Positions 40,881 to 51,070 of a stretch of 64,000 bases of DNA are shown piece after piece. Under the pieces are notes generated by a model, which saw only the letters and a program-made list of their open reading frames with translations, did not search any database and was not told where the DNA came from. Both the position numbers and the translations under genes were made by a program. Numbering within the stretch: position 1 is the first letter of the stretch; each line of letters begins with the position of its first letter. Source of the DNA: a virus; IMG/VR virus record IMGVR_UViG_3300022752_000018, positions 119,193 through 183,192 of that record. One strand, 5' to 3'.

Positions 40881-42053
40881 ATGATGAACATTGATGACAT
40901 AGTTTTAGAGTTACAAAAAATAGGTTGGAATAATCTTAATCCATTAATACCTTTGAAAGATTTAAAAATACTAAAAAGTATAGCCAGTTGTATTGTTTCC
41001 CCTGCTTATATAACTGAAGCACAGGCTAACTTGGTAGTTAAAATCCTTAGAGAAAATTTAGAATATATTGATAATCAAAAATTAGACATTTCAACTTGCT
41101 TAAAAAATATAAAATGGTCCAATACTTTTCGAGTCATAAAAAAAGAAAGGAATGTTGAGATCATAACTAACGAAAATTCTGAAATTTACATAAAAATTGC
41201 ATCTACTTGGGATAGGCAAATAAACAAGATCCTTTTTTCTTTGGAAAAGATATTAAATTCAGAAAAACATTTAAAAAATATTTTTCCACTAAACGAAAAA
41301 AGCATCATTGAAATTTATCGAATTTTAAAACCTTTAAATTTTAACTTTTCTGCCGAATTTCTTGAATTTTTAGATAAAGTACAATCAATTGATTTAGAAA
41401 AAACTAAAAATCAATTTGTATTCGAAAACTTTTATCAATCTAAAAAAGACAAATTAAATCAATTTGATATCTTTGAAAATAGTTTAATCCAACTAGATAG
41501 GAAAATACGATATCAATATGTGTATGATAGTGATTTTGACGAAAATACTAAAAAAACATTAGAATATAAAATCGCCAATAGAAGCGATACCAGAGTATAT
41601 GTATCAAACTATACTAGCAGTTTTGATAATTTAGTAAACGCCTTACGAAACTTAAAACGAGATAAAATTTTGTTAGTCTTTGATATGAATAAAATAGATG
41701 AATGTCTATACTATCTTGATAAGGTTAAAAATTACACAAACCAGAATGAATTGAACAGTTATACTGGTATATATTTTAGATTTGATAATAAAGACAAGGG
41801 CAGTGAGTTCAATAAAATAATTAGTGATAATATGCTCAATGCTCTATTAAGTAAGAGTTCTAAACTAGTAGGTGTGAGTACTAGCAAACTACCTAAATTT
41901 TTACCCAAGTCTGATTGGTATCCAGACGCAGTCATTAGTTTCACAACCAGTCTAAGAAATAATAAAACTGATGTGTATTGTAATGATTGTGATTGTATAG
42001 TATACTACACTAACACAAAGCCATTAATATCAAATGTACATGAAATCCTGTAA
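40881..42053 (+). CDS. Hypothetical protein upstream of the helicase
   Basis: 390-aa ORF with a strong promoter, overlapping the UvsW start. Confidence 0.65.
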   Translation: MMNIDDIVLELQKIGWNNLNPLIPLKDLKILKSIASCIVSPAYITEAQANLVVKILRENLEYIDNQKLDISTCLKNIKWSNTFRVIKKERNVEIITNENSEIYIKIASTWDRQINKILFSLEKILNSEKHLKNIFPLNEKSIIEIYRILKPLNFNFSAEFLEFLDKVQSIDLEKTKNQFVFENFYQSKKDKLNQFDIFENSLIQLDRKIRYQYVYDSDFDENTKKTLEYKIANRSDTRVYVSNYTSSFDNLVNALRNLKRDKILLVFDMNKIDECLYYLDKVKNYTNQNELNSYTGIYFRFDNKDKGSEFNKIISDNMLNALLSKSSKLVGVSTSKLPKFLPKSDWYPDAVISFTTSLRNNKTDVYCNDCDCIVYYTNTKPLISNVHEIL

Positions 42054-43506
42054 ATTAGTCATAAAAGATGAAGTAAACATAAAATTCGAAGGACTTCCAC
42101 TAGAGGCACGTCGTAAGTTGGCCAACACCTTCAAATATGTATTACCCTACGCACGTTTCCAACCTGCTTACAAGTTAGGGCGTTGGGATGGCACAACTAG
42201 CCTATTTGGGATTGGTGGATCTGGGTATTTAACACACATAGAGAAGATCCTAGATGTGCTTAATTCTATGGATATTGAAGTAACTGATATTGAAGATCAT
42301 AGATCCAATAAGCAAGTCTCTTTTACACCAGTTACTGAAACGTATTGGGCTGATCAAGGTAAGGTTTGGCCCAAAGGACACCAACAGGAAGGGCAACCTA
42401 TATTATTACGTGACTATCAAGTGGAAGCAATCAACACTTTTTTACAGCATCATCAAAGTCTACAAGAAATAGCTACTGGTGCTGGTAAGACTATCACTAC
42501 TGCTACACTAAGCCAACTATGTGAACCATATGGTAGAACTATAACCATAGTACCAAACAAAAGTTTAGTTGAACAAACTGAAGAGGACTTTCGTAATGTA
42601 GGTTTAGATGTTGGAGTATATTATGGAGATCGAAAAGAGCTGAACTGTACTCATACTATATGTACTTGGCAGAGTTTAAACATATTGGATAAAAAAAGTA
42701 AAAATGGAGAAACAGATCAACTGACACTGGCTGAATTTTTAGATGGCGTTAGTGCTGTAATAGTTGATGAAGTTCATATGGCCAAGGCTGAAATACTTAA
42801 GAATTTATTGACACGCAACCTAAATAATGCCTGTATACGATGGGGATTGACTGGAACCGTTCCTAAAGAACCTTATGAACATGAACAGATTTTCGCCAGT
42901 ATAGGACCATTAGTGGGAGGTATCAAAGCCAGTGAACTACAGGATAAAGGTGTATTAAGCAATTGTCATGTAAACATTGTACAACTCATTGACCTACCTG
43001 AATTTAAAAGTTACGCGGAAGAATTAAAATATCTTGTTACAGATGAAAATAGAATGATCTATGTGAGTAAGTTTATAAAAAATGTAGCAGACAAAGGCAA
43101 TACTTTAGTTTTAGTAAATAGAATTGACACAGGCAAATTTATAGTAAACGAATTAGAAGGCAGCGTATTCATTTCAGGCAATGTAAAAACCAAAGATAGG
43201 AAAGAAGAGTATGACGAAGTGGCAACGAGTCAGAATAAAATCATTGTCGCCACCTACGGTGTGGCAGCAGTTGGCATCAATATTCCTCGCATTTTTAATT
43301 TGGTTCTTATTGAACCTGGCAAGTCCTTTGTACGTGTTATACAATCGATTGGTCGGGGAATCCGTCGAGCGGAGGATAAGGACTTTGTTGAAATCTGGGA
43401 TGTGACCAGTACCTGTAAGTTTAGTAAGCGACATCTTACAGAACGTAAAAAATACTATAAGGAAGCTCAATATCCTTTTACCGTGGAAAAGATAGATTGG
43501 CAATAA
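42034..43506 (+). CDS. uvsW: SF2 DNA helicase, T4 UvsW-like
   Basis: 'LRDYQ', 'ATGAGKT', 'VIVDEVH', 'GLTGT', 'VIQSIGRGIR'. Confidence 0.9.
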   Translation: MYMKSCKLVIKDEVNIKFEGLPLEARRKLANTFKYVLPYARFQPAYKLGRWDGTTSLFGIGGSGYLTHIEKILDVLNSMDIEVTDIEDHRSNKQVSFTPVTETYWADQGKVWPKGHQQEGQPILLRDYQVEAINTFLQHHQSLQEIATGAGKTITTATLSQLCEPYGRTITIVPNKSLVEQTEEDFRNVGLDVGVYYGDRKELNCTHTICTWQSLNILDKKSKNGETDQLTLAEFLDGVSAVIVDEVHMAKAEILKNLLTRNLNNACIRWGLTGTVPKEPYEHEQIFASIGPLVGGIKASELQDKGVLSNCHVNIVQLIDLPEFKSYAEELKYLVTDENRMIYVSKFIKNVADKGNTLVLVNRIDTGKFIVNELEGSVFISGNVKTKDRKEEYDEVATSQNKIIVATYGVAAVGINIPRIFNLVLIEPGKSFVRVIQSIGRGIRRAEDKDFVEIWDVTSTCKFSKRHLTERKKYYKEAQYPFTVEKIDWQ

Positions 43507-43508
43507 CT

Positions 43509-44015
43509 ATGCAAATATTAACATTAGAAAACAAATTATTCCCCTTAAGCAATCTACCCAATCAAGTAGATGAAAATACAAGATTCGCTGTGTTGGACAA
43601 CAGCGATCCAAAAAATCCAGATTTTTTCTTTGTACCCTTAATCTTTTTAGAAAGTTTTAATAGTCCAGCTATAGTACTAAAAATTGGTGATAACGAAATT
43701 AGTATGCCCATAGATTGGAGCATAGCAGTAGGTGATGCCACCAGTAATGTGGATGCGGAAATATTACCTTTGACCAGTTTGAATGATAGAGGTTTTGATG
43801 CTGTTATATTCAACCCTTTGAGTAGTTTTAAAATTGAATATAGACCTATTGAAATTGTAAATTTTTACAACGATGTTAAATGGTATTTTCCTAAAATGCG
43901 TAATAATCATTTATTGGTGACCCCGTTAGAATATGAAGAAAAACCAGAATGTGCTTTTTTTATTAAAGAAGTTAGTAGACAAAATGAACTCATTGACATC
44001 AGCAGTATTTTATGA
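43509..44015 (+). CDS. Conserved phage hypothetical protein
   Basis: Coupled to uvsW; no recognisable catalytic motif. Confidence 0.6.
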   Translation: MQILTLENKLFPLSNLPNQVDENTRFAVLDNSDPKNPDFFFVPLIFLESFNSPAIVLKIGDNEISMPIDWSIAVGDATSNVDAEILPLTSLNDRGFDAVIFNPLSSFKIEYRPIEIVNFYNDVKWYFPKMRNNHLLVTPLEYEEKPECAFFIKEVSRQNELIDISSIL

Positions 44016-44251
44016 ATTCGAACAAAACATATATCTATGAAAGTCCAGATGGAGGACACACTGTTTATAGAAGAAACTTAAGAGAAAATATTAGGGAACT
44101 AATCAGTGAAGATGAGTACGCCAAAAATCGTAAATTATTACAGGAGTGGAATAAAATCTGGGAAGTAAAAGATTCCAACCCTACTTTACAACATGCTGTG
44201 GAACGTGTTATAATGATCTATAAATTAAGTGAACAACATGGCAAAACTTGA
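44012..44251 (+). CDS. Small hypothetical protein
   Basis: 79 aa, 'YIYESPDGGHTVYRR'; start and stop overlap the neighbours. Confidence 0.6.
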   Translation: MNSNKTYIYESPDGGHTVYRRNLRENIRELISEDEYAKNRKLLQEWNKIWEVKDSNPTLQHAVERVIMIYKLSEQHGKT

Positions 44252-44696
44252 ACTAAAAGACATTCTTAGTGCGTTGGATCAAAATGGAAAAGATATTTGG
44301 GATCTGCTTGATGATGAACAAAAAAAGGCTATCCCTTTTTTTGTTCTAAACAGATTTATGAGCAGTGTAAAGACTAATAGTAGAGAAGTACAAGAACACT
44401 ATGTACTAGCCACTAATGAATATTACAATAAACATTATTTTTCTCTATATCAACATCCTAAGTTACTTTGGTTACTACTTTGTAGTTGTTCTTATGATAA
44501 CGATAAGACTTATTTCCATGAATACATACGTTTAGAAAAAGATAAGAATGTTAAATTGAAAATACTTGAAAAACTATATCCTAAGAAAAAAATAGATGAT
44601 TTGGAAACATTGAGCCATTTGAATAGTCTAAAAGAAATAATGGAGCTGGCCAAAGATCATGGCTGGAATGATAAAGAAATTCAAGAATATCTCTAA
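44238..44696 (+). CDS. Possible clamp-loader small subunit (gp62-like)
   Basis: 'PFFVLNRFMS...ATNEYYNKH...QHPKLLW' loosely resembles T4-like gp62; replication context. Confidence 0.4.
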   Translation: MAKLELKDILSALDQNGKDIWDLLDDEQKKAIPFFVLNRFMSSVKTNSREVQEHYVLATNEYYNKHYFSLYQHPKLLWLLLCSCSYDNDKTYFHEYIRLEKDKNVKLKILEKLYPKKKIDDLETLSHLNSLKEIMELAKDHGWNDKEIQEYL

Positions 44697-45376
44697 TGGA
44701 ATCATCTTTTATTTGTAATCATTGTCAGGCTAAATTTACTCGTGAAAAAACGCTATTTGTACACATCTGCGAACAAAAGCGTAGATTTTTAGCTAAAAAC
44801 GACAGACATGTTCAAATGGCTTTTTTGGCTTTTGATAGATTTTTCAAACTAAATCAAAAATCCTCATCACAAAAAACTTATGAAGAATTTAGTCAAAGTC
44901 CTTACTACACTGCTTTTGTAAAGTTTGGAAGTTTTTTACACAATGTAAATCCATTATATCCTGAAAAATTCATTGATTATATAGTTACTAGCGGTGTAAA
45001 ATTAGATCATTGGTGTAGGGAAAGTTTGTATTATGATTATGTAATTCATTTGATAAAAAATGAAAGTGTTGAAACAGCCCTGCAGCGTAGTATATCTACA
45101 ATGATGGATTGGGCTGATTCACACAATAGCATATGGAATCATTATCTTCATTATGTTAGTAGTAATAGGGTGACTTTTGATATTAAAGATGGCAAAATAA
45201 GCCCATGGATATTATTAAATAGTACTAGTGGTAAAACACTGCTAAACCAACTAACTGACGAACAATTATCCAGCATTGGTCCTATAATTGATTTGCCTTT
45301 TTGGACAAACAAATTTCGATCTAACAAAGATGATTTAGATCTCGCTTTTCAAGTTATAAAGGAAGGAAATTTATGA
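44696..45376 (+). CDS. Hypothetical protein with an N-terminal zinc-finger-like motif
   Basis: 'CNHCQAKF...LFVHIC'. Confidence 0.6.
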   Translation: MESSFICNHCQAKFTREKTLFVHICEQKRRFLAKNDRHVQMAFLAFDRFFKLNQKSSSQKTYEEFSQSPYYTAFVKFGSFLHNVNPLYPEKFIDYIVTSGVKLDHWCRESLYYDYVIHLIKNESVETALQRSISTMMDWADSHNSIWNHYLHYVSSNRVTFDIKDGKISPWILLNSTSGKTLLNQLTDEQLSSIGPIIDLPFWTNKFRSNKDDLDLAFQVIKEGNL

Positions 45377-45546
45377 GCATACCCAAAGAAGTAGAATTAG
45401 GTATCGAAGTGGGCTTGGTGGAAGAAGAAACAGCAATCTACGTAAAATTTACAGGATTTGAAAATCTAGACGATGCAGAAGAATATGCGGATTATTTGGC
45501 TGAAAATTTACCCTTACTCTTATTCAACAGTGAGACTAAACACTAA
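45373..45546 (+). CDS. Small acidic hypothetical protein (57 aa; not in the ORF track)
   Basis: MSIPKEVELGIEVG...LLFNSETKH; RBS GGAAGGA; fills the gap exactly, with a TAATG overlap to the next gene. Confidence 0.7.
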   Translation: MSIPKEVELGIEVGLVEEETAIYVKFTGFENLDDAEEYADYLAENLPLLLFNSETKH

Positions 45547-46112
45547 TGCCTGATATTGATATTGATTTTATAGATAGAGAACAGATTCTCAAAGAAGTTA
45601 AGCATGTCAAAGCTAGACGAGGAGATACTCAACATAATACTGGAATTTATATACAGAACATACCTCACGATCCTGTGACCAATATTTCTTCCCTTGATTA
45701 TAACGAAGCCGAAACTAAAGGCTATTTTAAAATTGATTTTTTAAATGTAGGAATATACAAGGGAGTTAAGAATGAAGCACATTTACAACAACTTATGGAG
45801 ATTGAACCAATATGGGAACTATTACTACAAGACGAGTTTACGGATCTACTATTTCATTTAAAAGGGCATGGTACTATTCTGAAGAAGACCCAGCCGACTT
45901 CCGTGGAACAATTAGCTGCTGTCCTAGCTATGATCCGCCCGGCCAAAAGACACCTGATTGGAAAAACTTGGACAGAGATTATGATGGACATCTGGACGAA
46001 ACCAGAGAATAACGAATTTTATTTTAAAAAGCCACATGCTATAGCCTATGCTATGGCTGTGGTAGTACAAATGAACTTGATTTGCGAGAGCATTAGTTAT
46101 GATTATGGTTAG
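45546..46112 (+). CDS. Miniature DnaE (Pol III alpha, family C) palm-like protein
   Basis: 'MPDIDIDF', 'HNTGIYI', 'KIDFLNV' and 'FKKPHAIAYA' are colinear with the DnaE motifs PDFDVDF, HAGGVV, KFDFLGL and FNKSHSAAYA. Confidence 0.75.
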   Translation: MPDIDIDFIDREQILKEVKHVKARRGDTQHNTGIYIQNIPHDPVTNISSLDYNEAETKGYFKIDFLNVGIYKGVKNEAHLQQLMEIEPIWELLLQDEFTDLLFHLKGHGTILKKTQPTSVEQLAAVLAMIRPAKRHLIGKTWTEIMMDIWTKPENNEFYFKKPHAIAYAMAVVVQMNLICESISYDYG

Positions 46113-46483
46113 ACTTTTCTAACCAATTCTACACTTTTACGTTTGGCTCTTTTAAGACTAAGATTTAAAATATTGAGTGTGGGACCCAGCAAAACTCTTA
46201 CACCTTTTGTACTAAAAGTCTTAATACAATACTTAAATGGATCCATTTCTACTTTTAGGAATATGCTGATAGGTATTAGTCTATTACTTTCCCACCACCA
46301 AGTCTCACCTAATAATAAGAATTGATTTTTTTCTTCTGACGTTTTGATAGTATCTATATCATAAAAAGTTGTAACAAATTGATCTTGATTGATTATGATA
46401 CCTACATACTCCTTATCACCGTAATTGATTACACTGATAAAAGGAAGTAGTTCTTTAGTAGTATCCTTTAATTTTTTAGTCAT
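46109..46483 (-). CDS. Conserved phage hypothetical protein
   Basis: Likely start MTKKLKD at 46483; 'WWWESNRLIPISIFL'. Confidence 0.6.
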   Translation of the reverse strand: MTKKLKDTTKELLPFISVINYGDKEYVGIIINQDQFVTTFYDIDTIKTSEEKNQFLLLGETWWWESNRLIPISIFLKVEMDPFKYCIKTFSTKGVRVLLGPTLNILNLSLKRAKRKSVELVRKV

Positions 46484-46503
46484 AAATAGTATTGAGAGCC
46501 AAG

Positions 46504-47334
46504 ATGCAAAAAGTCCAAGTTTATTTATATCCAAATCGCATAACAGTACTTAGTCATTTGGATACCAATCTAGCTAATACGGAGTATAGAATTGTGTACC
46601 AACGAACTGTAAAATTATACAAAGGCATAGATAATATCATTGAACTAGAAATTAAAAACAATGATCAAAAACGTATTGAAATTGGTATAGGATCTTTAAA
46701 ACTGACCCTAATGGATAAAAATTACAATACAATTAATATTTATACCGCTGATAGTTTAGAAGATAGTACCCAAGTAGGCCTAGCTAGAGTAACTATACCT
46801 AAAGAGGACTTGAATAACCTTGATCCACAATTTTTAAAATTTACAGTGACCAAGGTTAATGCTATATTTGAAGAATCTTTAACCTATACTAATTCTAATT
46901 TTGATGCCTACGGAACAATGGAACTTAAACAAGGTGCTCGCCCAGTTGATTATTCGGAAGTAATAAAATACGATAGGTGGACTACAGAAACTAACTATCA
47001 AGGTAGTCGATGGGAAGAAAGGAAAGTTTATCATATTAGTGAAGCCATTCCTCTTAGTCAAAATAGGGCTGTTTTGAAAGATATTGTTAGTATGGCTTTA
47101 TATATTAAAGATTTTATTGGTGAAATTTATGTCGAAGGCACTGATAATGAAGTAATTGGCAATGAAGCATTTAAAGATCCAAAGATTCTACACAGTTATG
47201 TTTATATGGGTCCTGATCTGATGAATTCGGTTATAATGATTCCTTCAGTCAATATTACCGGTTGTACTTACATGCGAGTGAAATATCTTTGTAAAAGCTC
47301 AGGATCAGTTGACTATGTAGAAATAAATGTGTAG
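46504..47334 (+). CDS. Hypothetical beta-rich protein, possibly structural
   Basis: TAAATA at 46483-46488 precedes the ATG at 46504. Confidence 0.55.
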   Translation: MQKVQVYLYPNRITVLSHLDTNLANTEYRIVYQRTVKLYKGIDNIIELEIKNNDQKRIEIGIGSLKLTLMDKNYNTINIYTADSLEDSTQVGLARVTIPKEDLNNLDPQFLKFTVTKVNAIFEESLTYTNSNFDAYGTMELKQGARPVDYSEVIKYDRWTTETNYQGSRWEERKVYHISEAIPLSQNRAVLKDIVSMALYIKDFIGEIYVEGTDNEVIGNEAFKDPKILHSYVYMGPDLMNSVIMIPSVNITGCTYMRVKYLCKSSGSVDYVEINV

Positions 47335-47337
47335 TAT
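47309..47337 (+). promoter_or_regulatory. Sigma70-type promoter TTGACT-N17-TAGTAT
   Basis: Directly upstream of the primase ATG. Confidence 0.65.
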
Positions 47338-47342
47338 AAAGG

Positions 47343-48302
47343 ATGTCCTTAATTTCTGATACTATACTAAGTTATTTGCCTGGAAAACGCAAACAGACAC
47401 CAAGCGGTTGGATTAGCTTTAATGCTGTATGCTGCAGTGATCAACGACTTAGAGGTGGACTTATACAGAGTGGTACATCTATTAGCTATCATTGTTTTAA
47501 CTGTGGGTTTAAGGCTAGTTGGCAACCTGGACGCACTATTAGTTTAAAACTAAAAAAATTATTTGAATATCTCAATGTACCCAGTGATTTAATATCTAAA
47601 ATTACCATTGAAGCCCTAAGAAATAGAGATATTGAACACTATGAAATTATATCTAATATACCTAAATTTGAAACCAGACCTTTACCAGACAACGCTAGAC
47701 CGATTGTAGACTTGATTGATAACCCACCAAATGAACTGATTGTTATACTTGAATATATTCTAAGTAGAGGATTGGATTTGGATGACTATAACTTTTATTG
47801 GACTGATTCTAGTGGGTTAGGAAATAGATTAATTATTCCCTATTATTATAAGGGTAATATTGTAGGATATACGGCAAGAAGTTGTAATCAAGCCAAACCT
47901 AAATACATAGCTAGCCAACAACCAGGATATGTTTTTAACTTGGACGCTCAAAATGACCATAGAAAATTTGTCATAGTCTGTGAAGGTCAAATAGATGCTA
48001 TATCTATTGACGGGGTCAGTGTTAATGGATCAGAAATTAATCAGGCACAACACTTATTGATAAATCAATTACAACGTGAAGTAATTGTAGTACCTGATAG
48101 AGACCAAGCCAGTAAAAAACTTATAAGTTCGGCATTGTCCTATAATTATTCCTTAAGCTTCCCGTCTTGGGATGATGATGTCAAAGACATAAATGATGCT
48201 AGAAAAAAATATGGTAAACTACAAACTTTGACTATGATTTTGGATGCTGTTTGTACTAGTGAAGTTAAAATTAAATTAAAAGAAAAAGAATGGATAAAAT
48301 AA
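47343..48302 (+). CDS. DNA primase (T4 gp61-like)
   Basis: Zinc-binding 'CC...YHCFNCG'; TOPRIM motifs 'VCEGQIDA' and 'PDRD'. Confidence 0.85.
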   Translation: MSLISDTILSYLPGKRKQTPSGWISFNAVCCSDQRLRGGLIQSGTSISYHCFNCGFKASWQPGRTISLKLKKLFEYLNVPSDLISKITIEALRNRDIEHYEIISNIPKFETRPLPDNARPIVDLIDNPPNELIVILEYILSRGLDLDDYNFYWTDSSGLGNRLIIPYYYKGNIVGYTARSCNQAKPKYIASQQPGYVFNLDAQNDHRKFVIVCEGQIDAISIDGVSVNGSEINQAQHLLINQLQREVIVVPDRDQASKKLISSALSYNYSLSFPSWDDDVKDINDARKKYGKLQTLTMILDAVCTSEVKIKLKEKEWIK

Positions 48303-48324
48303 TAGATAGTATTAAGGATTTACT

Positions 48325-49332
48325 ATGAATTCTATTGGTAACTTAACAACAACTAAGGATCTAGGATTGGATACTCATTCAATGAACGAACTGTTAGAAA
48401 GACTTAATGGTTATACTAGAATATACGAAAAATTAAATAAAAAAATAGTAGCAGAAGAACTACTACATGTGGACGTAATGTTCTATAGGAATATGTATCC
48501 AGATTTGATTCCTTATGATTATGAAGCAACTGTACAGCATTATATATACTACGGCTCTATAGAAGGTAGACACGGAAGCCCATATAGCACCAGAGATAAT
48601 TTTGCTCAGTATGTTGCTAGTTATATAAATGCTGATATATTAGAGATTGGACCATTCACTAGGCCTTTACTTAAAGGTCCAAATATAAAATACGCAGATG
48701 TATATGACACAGAAACTCTTAGAAAAAGGGCAGCTAACTTTAATCTAGCCGTCGAAGATGTATGTGACGTTCATTATGTTATACCAGAAATGACGTTGAC
48801 TACTATACCAGATAAATTTGATATAGTAGTAACTAGTCATAATATTGAACATCAACCCAACCTAATTAAACATTTAAATGAAGTATATGATCTACTTAAA
48901 CCTAATGGAAAATTTTGTCTTATAGTTCCAGATCATAGATATTGCTTTGATGCTAACATGCCATTGACTAATATAGGTGATGTACTAGACGCATTTTACA
49001 GTGATAGAAAATTACATACACTTAAAAATTTAGTTCAACACTACTGCTTGGCTGTACACAATGATGGTAAAGAACATTGGCAATATCAGAATAGTGGGGA
49101 ACGTAGTTTATATCAACCAACCGATGTAATTAAGGTAATGAAAACTTTGATTAATTATGCCAATGCCGATAAGGAGTTTTATTTGGACGCACATGCTTGG
49201 TACTTTACTCCTTGGAATTTTAGCGATATCATGAACTGTTTGATTAAATTGGATTTGATACAATTTAAAAATGTTATATGTAACGGTACAGTAGAGAATC
49301 ATCAAGAATTTACTTGTATATTGGAGAAATAA
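48325..49332 (+). CDS. Class I SAM-dependent methyltransferase with an N-terminal 'FY..MYPDL...HY..YG..EGR' module
   Basis: 'ILEIGP', 'FDIVVTSHNIEH', 'LLKPNGKFCLIVPD'. Confidence 0.75.
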   Translation: MNSIGNLTTTKDLGLDTHSMNELLERLNGYTRIYEKLNKKIVAEELLHVDVMFYRNMYPDLIPYDYEATVQHYIYYGSIEGRHGSPYSTRDNFAQYVASYINADILEIGPFTRPLLKGPNIKYADVYDTETLRKRAANFNLAVEDVCDVHYVIPEMTLTTIPDKFDIVVTSHNIEHQPNLIKHLNEVYDLLKPNGKFCLIVPDHRYCFDANMPLTNIGDVLDAFYSDRKLHTLKNLVQHYCLAVHNDGKEHWQYQNSGERSLYQPTDVIKVMKTLINYANADKEFYLDAHAWYFTPWNFSDIMNCLIKLDLIQFKNVICNGTVENHQEFTCILEK

Positions 49333-50747
49333 TGACGAGACAAAACTCAGACTATGGCTATGATATTCAAAAGATTTACTTGGAACTGATGTTGAGTGAT
49401 GCCGAAACATTTATAAGATGCCAGAGCATATTTGATCATGAACTATTCGATCGTAAATTACAAAACACTGCAAAATTTATAAACGACTATGTAGTAGAAC
49501 ACAATGTTCTTCCCACATATGATATTGTGAACGCAGCAACTAATAGCAGTCTGTACAAACCCCAAGAAGAAATACGTGAGGAACATTACGATTGGCTACT
49601 ACAAGACTTTGAAACTTTTATCAAACATAAAGGACTAGAACGTGCTATATTATCCAGTGCCGATCTGTTGGAAAAGGGAGAGTATGGCCCGGTTGAAGAT
49701 CTAATTAAGAAGGCTGTTCAAATTGGTCTACAAAAAGATATGGGAACAGATTATTATGAAGATCCAAGAAGTAGATTAATGCGTATTAAAGATAAAAACG
49801 GACAGATCAGCACAGGTTGGGCCAGCTTGGATAATAAACTATTTGGTGGATTTAATCGAGGCGAACTTAATATATTTGCCGGTGGTAGTGGCGCAGGTAA
49901 AAGCTTGTTTTTAGCTAATTTAGGATTGAACTGGAGCTTGGCTGGATTGAACGTATTGTATGTTACACTGGAACTTAGTGAAGAATTGGTCAGTATGCGT
50001 ATTGATAGCATGGTAACAGATGTGTCTACTAAAGATATTTTTAAACAGATTGACGATGTAGAAATGAAAGTCAGAGTGATTGGCAAAAAGAGTGGACGGT
50101 TTCAAATTAAATATATGCCCAGCGGTAAGACAGCTAACGATCTACGCAGTTTTATGAAGGAGTATGAGGTAAAGACTGGTAAAAAGATTGACATATTGTT
50201 GGTTGATTATTTAGACTTGTTGATGCCTATAAGTCGCAAAATTAGTGCGGAGAATTTGTTTATTAAAGACAAATTTGTTTCAGAAGAGCTAAGAAATCTA
50301 GCTGTGGAAAAGAATGTAGTCTTGGTCACTGCCGCACAGCTGAATCGTGGCGCTGTAGATGAAATTAGTTTTGATCATAGTCATATCAGTGGTGGCCTTA
50401 GTAAGATACAGACTGCCGATAATGTATTTGCTATCTTTACCAGTAGGAATATGCGTGAAAAGGGCAGATATCAAATTCAATTGATGAAAACTCGTAGCAG
50501 TAGCGGCGTAGGACAAAGTATTGATTTAGAATTTAATATTGATACACTACGAATCACTAACTTGGATGATATTGAATCCACACAAAGCTATAAACCAAAT
50601 ACTTCAGTATTGGAGAATATTAAACAAAGATCTTCGGCACAAAAAGATGATCCCACACAGGGAATCAGTGTTAAGAACTCACAGGTAAAAGTAGAAGGAA
50701 CTAAACTACGTCAACTACTGAACAGTTTGAACACAGATGAGATCTAG
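49332..50747 (+). CDS. Replicative DnaB-like helicase (T4 gp41-like)
   Basis: Walker A 'GGSGAGKS', 'YVTLELSE', 'LVDYLD', 'TAAQLNR', 'MKTR'. Confidence 0.92.
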   Translation: MTRQNSDYGYDIQKIYLELMLSDAETFIRCQSIFDHELFDRKLQNTAKFINDYVVEHNVLPTYDIVNAATNSSLYKPQEEIREEHYDWLLQDFETFIKHKGLERAILSSADLLEKGEYGPVEDLIKKAVQIGLQKDMGTDYYEDPRSRLMRIKDKNGQISTGWASLDNKLFGGFNRGELNIFAGGSGAGKSLFLANLGLNWSLAGLNVLYVTLELSEELVSMRIDSMVTDVSTKDIFKQIDDVEMKVRVIGKKSGRFQIKYMPSGKTANDLRSFMKEYEVKTGKKIDILLVDYLDLLMPISRKISAENLFIKDKFVSEELRNLAVEKNVVLVTAAQLNRGAVDEISFDHSHISGGLSKIQTADNVFAIFTSRNMREKGRYQIQLMKTRSSSGVGQSIDLEFNIDTLRITNLDDIESTQSYKPNTSVLENIKQRSSAQKDDPTQGISVKNSQVKVEGTKLRQLLNSLNTDEI

Positions 50748-50785
50748 CAACACTTAATAATTTTGATTTCGTCCTTAAATACATT

Positions 50786-51070
50786 ATGGGTGAAATCAAT
50801 CTTATTACACAACTATTAGAAATTGGTAGTCCTATTGCTGCTGCTATCATAGCCTTTTATTTTGTATATCTCACTATAAAGTTTATTCTAGCTGGTGTTA
50901 CTAATAGTGTTAATGGTATGGCTAAAATTATTAGAGGCTTGGATAGTAGGATCTTTACTATGGCTAACCAATTAATCTTGATTGATATTAAGGTAAGCAC
51001 TGCTCTAGGGCTTAATCCTGATTATGATCGTATTAGTAGATCAGAATTGAAAGATCGAAGAAAAGACTAA
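50786..51070 (+). CDS. Small single-TM coiled-coil protein (YvrJ-like/holin-like)
   Basis: Hydrophobic helix 'PIAAAIIAFYFVYLTI'; TAAATA at 50776-50781. Confidence 0.65.
   Translation: MGEINLITQLLEIGSPIAAAIIAFYFVYLTIKFILAGVTNSVNGMAKIIRGLDSRIFTMANQLILIDIKVSTALGLNPDYDRISRSELKDRRKD

Noticed and set aside
43509-44015. Possible Hint/intein-like domain next to the helicase
   Set aside because: No N-terminal Cys/Ser or C-terminal His-Asn; treated as a hypothetical protein.
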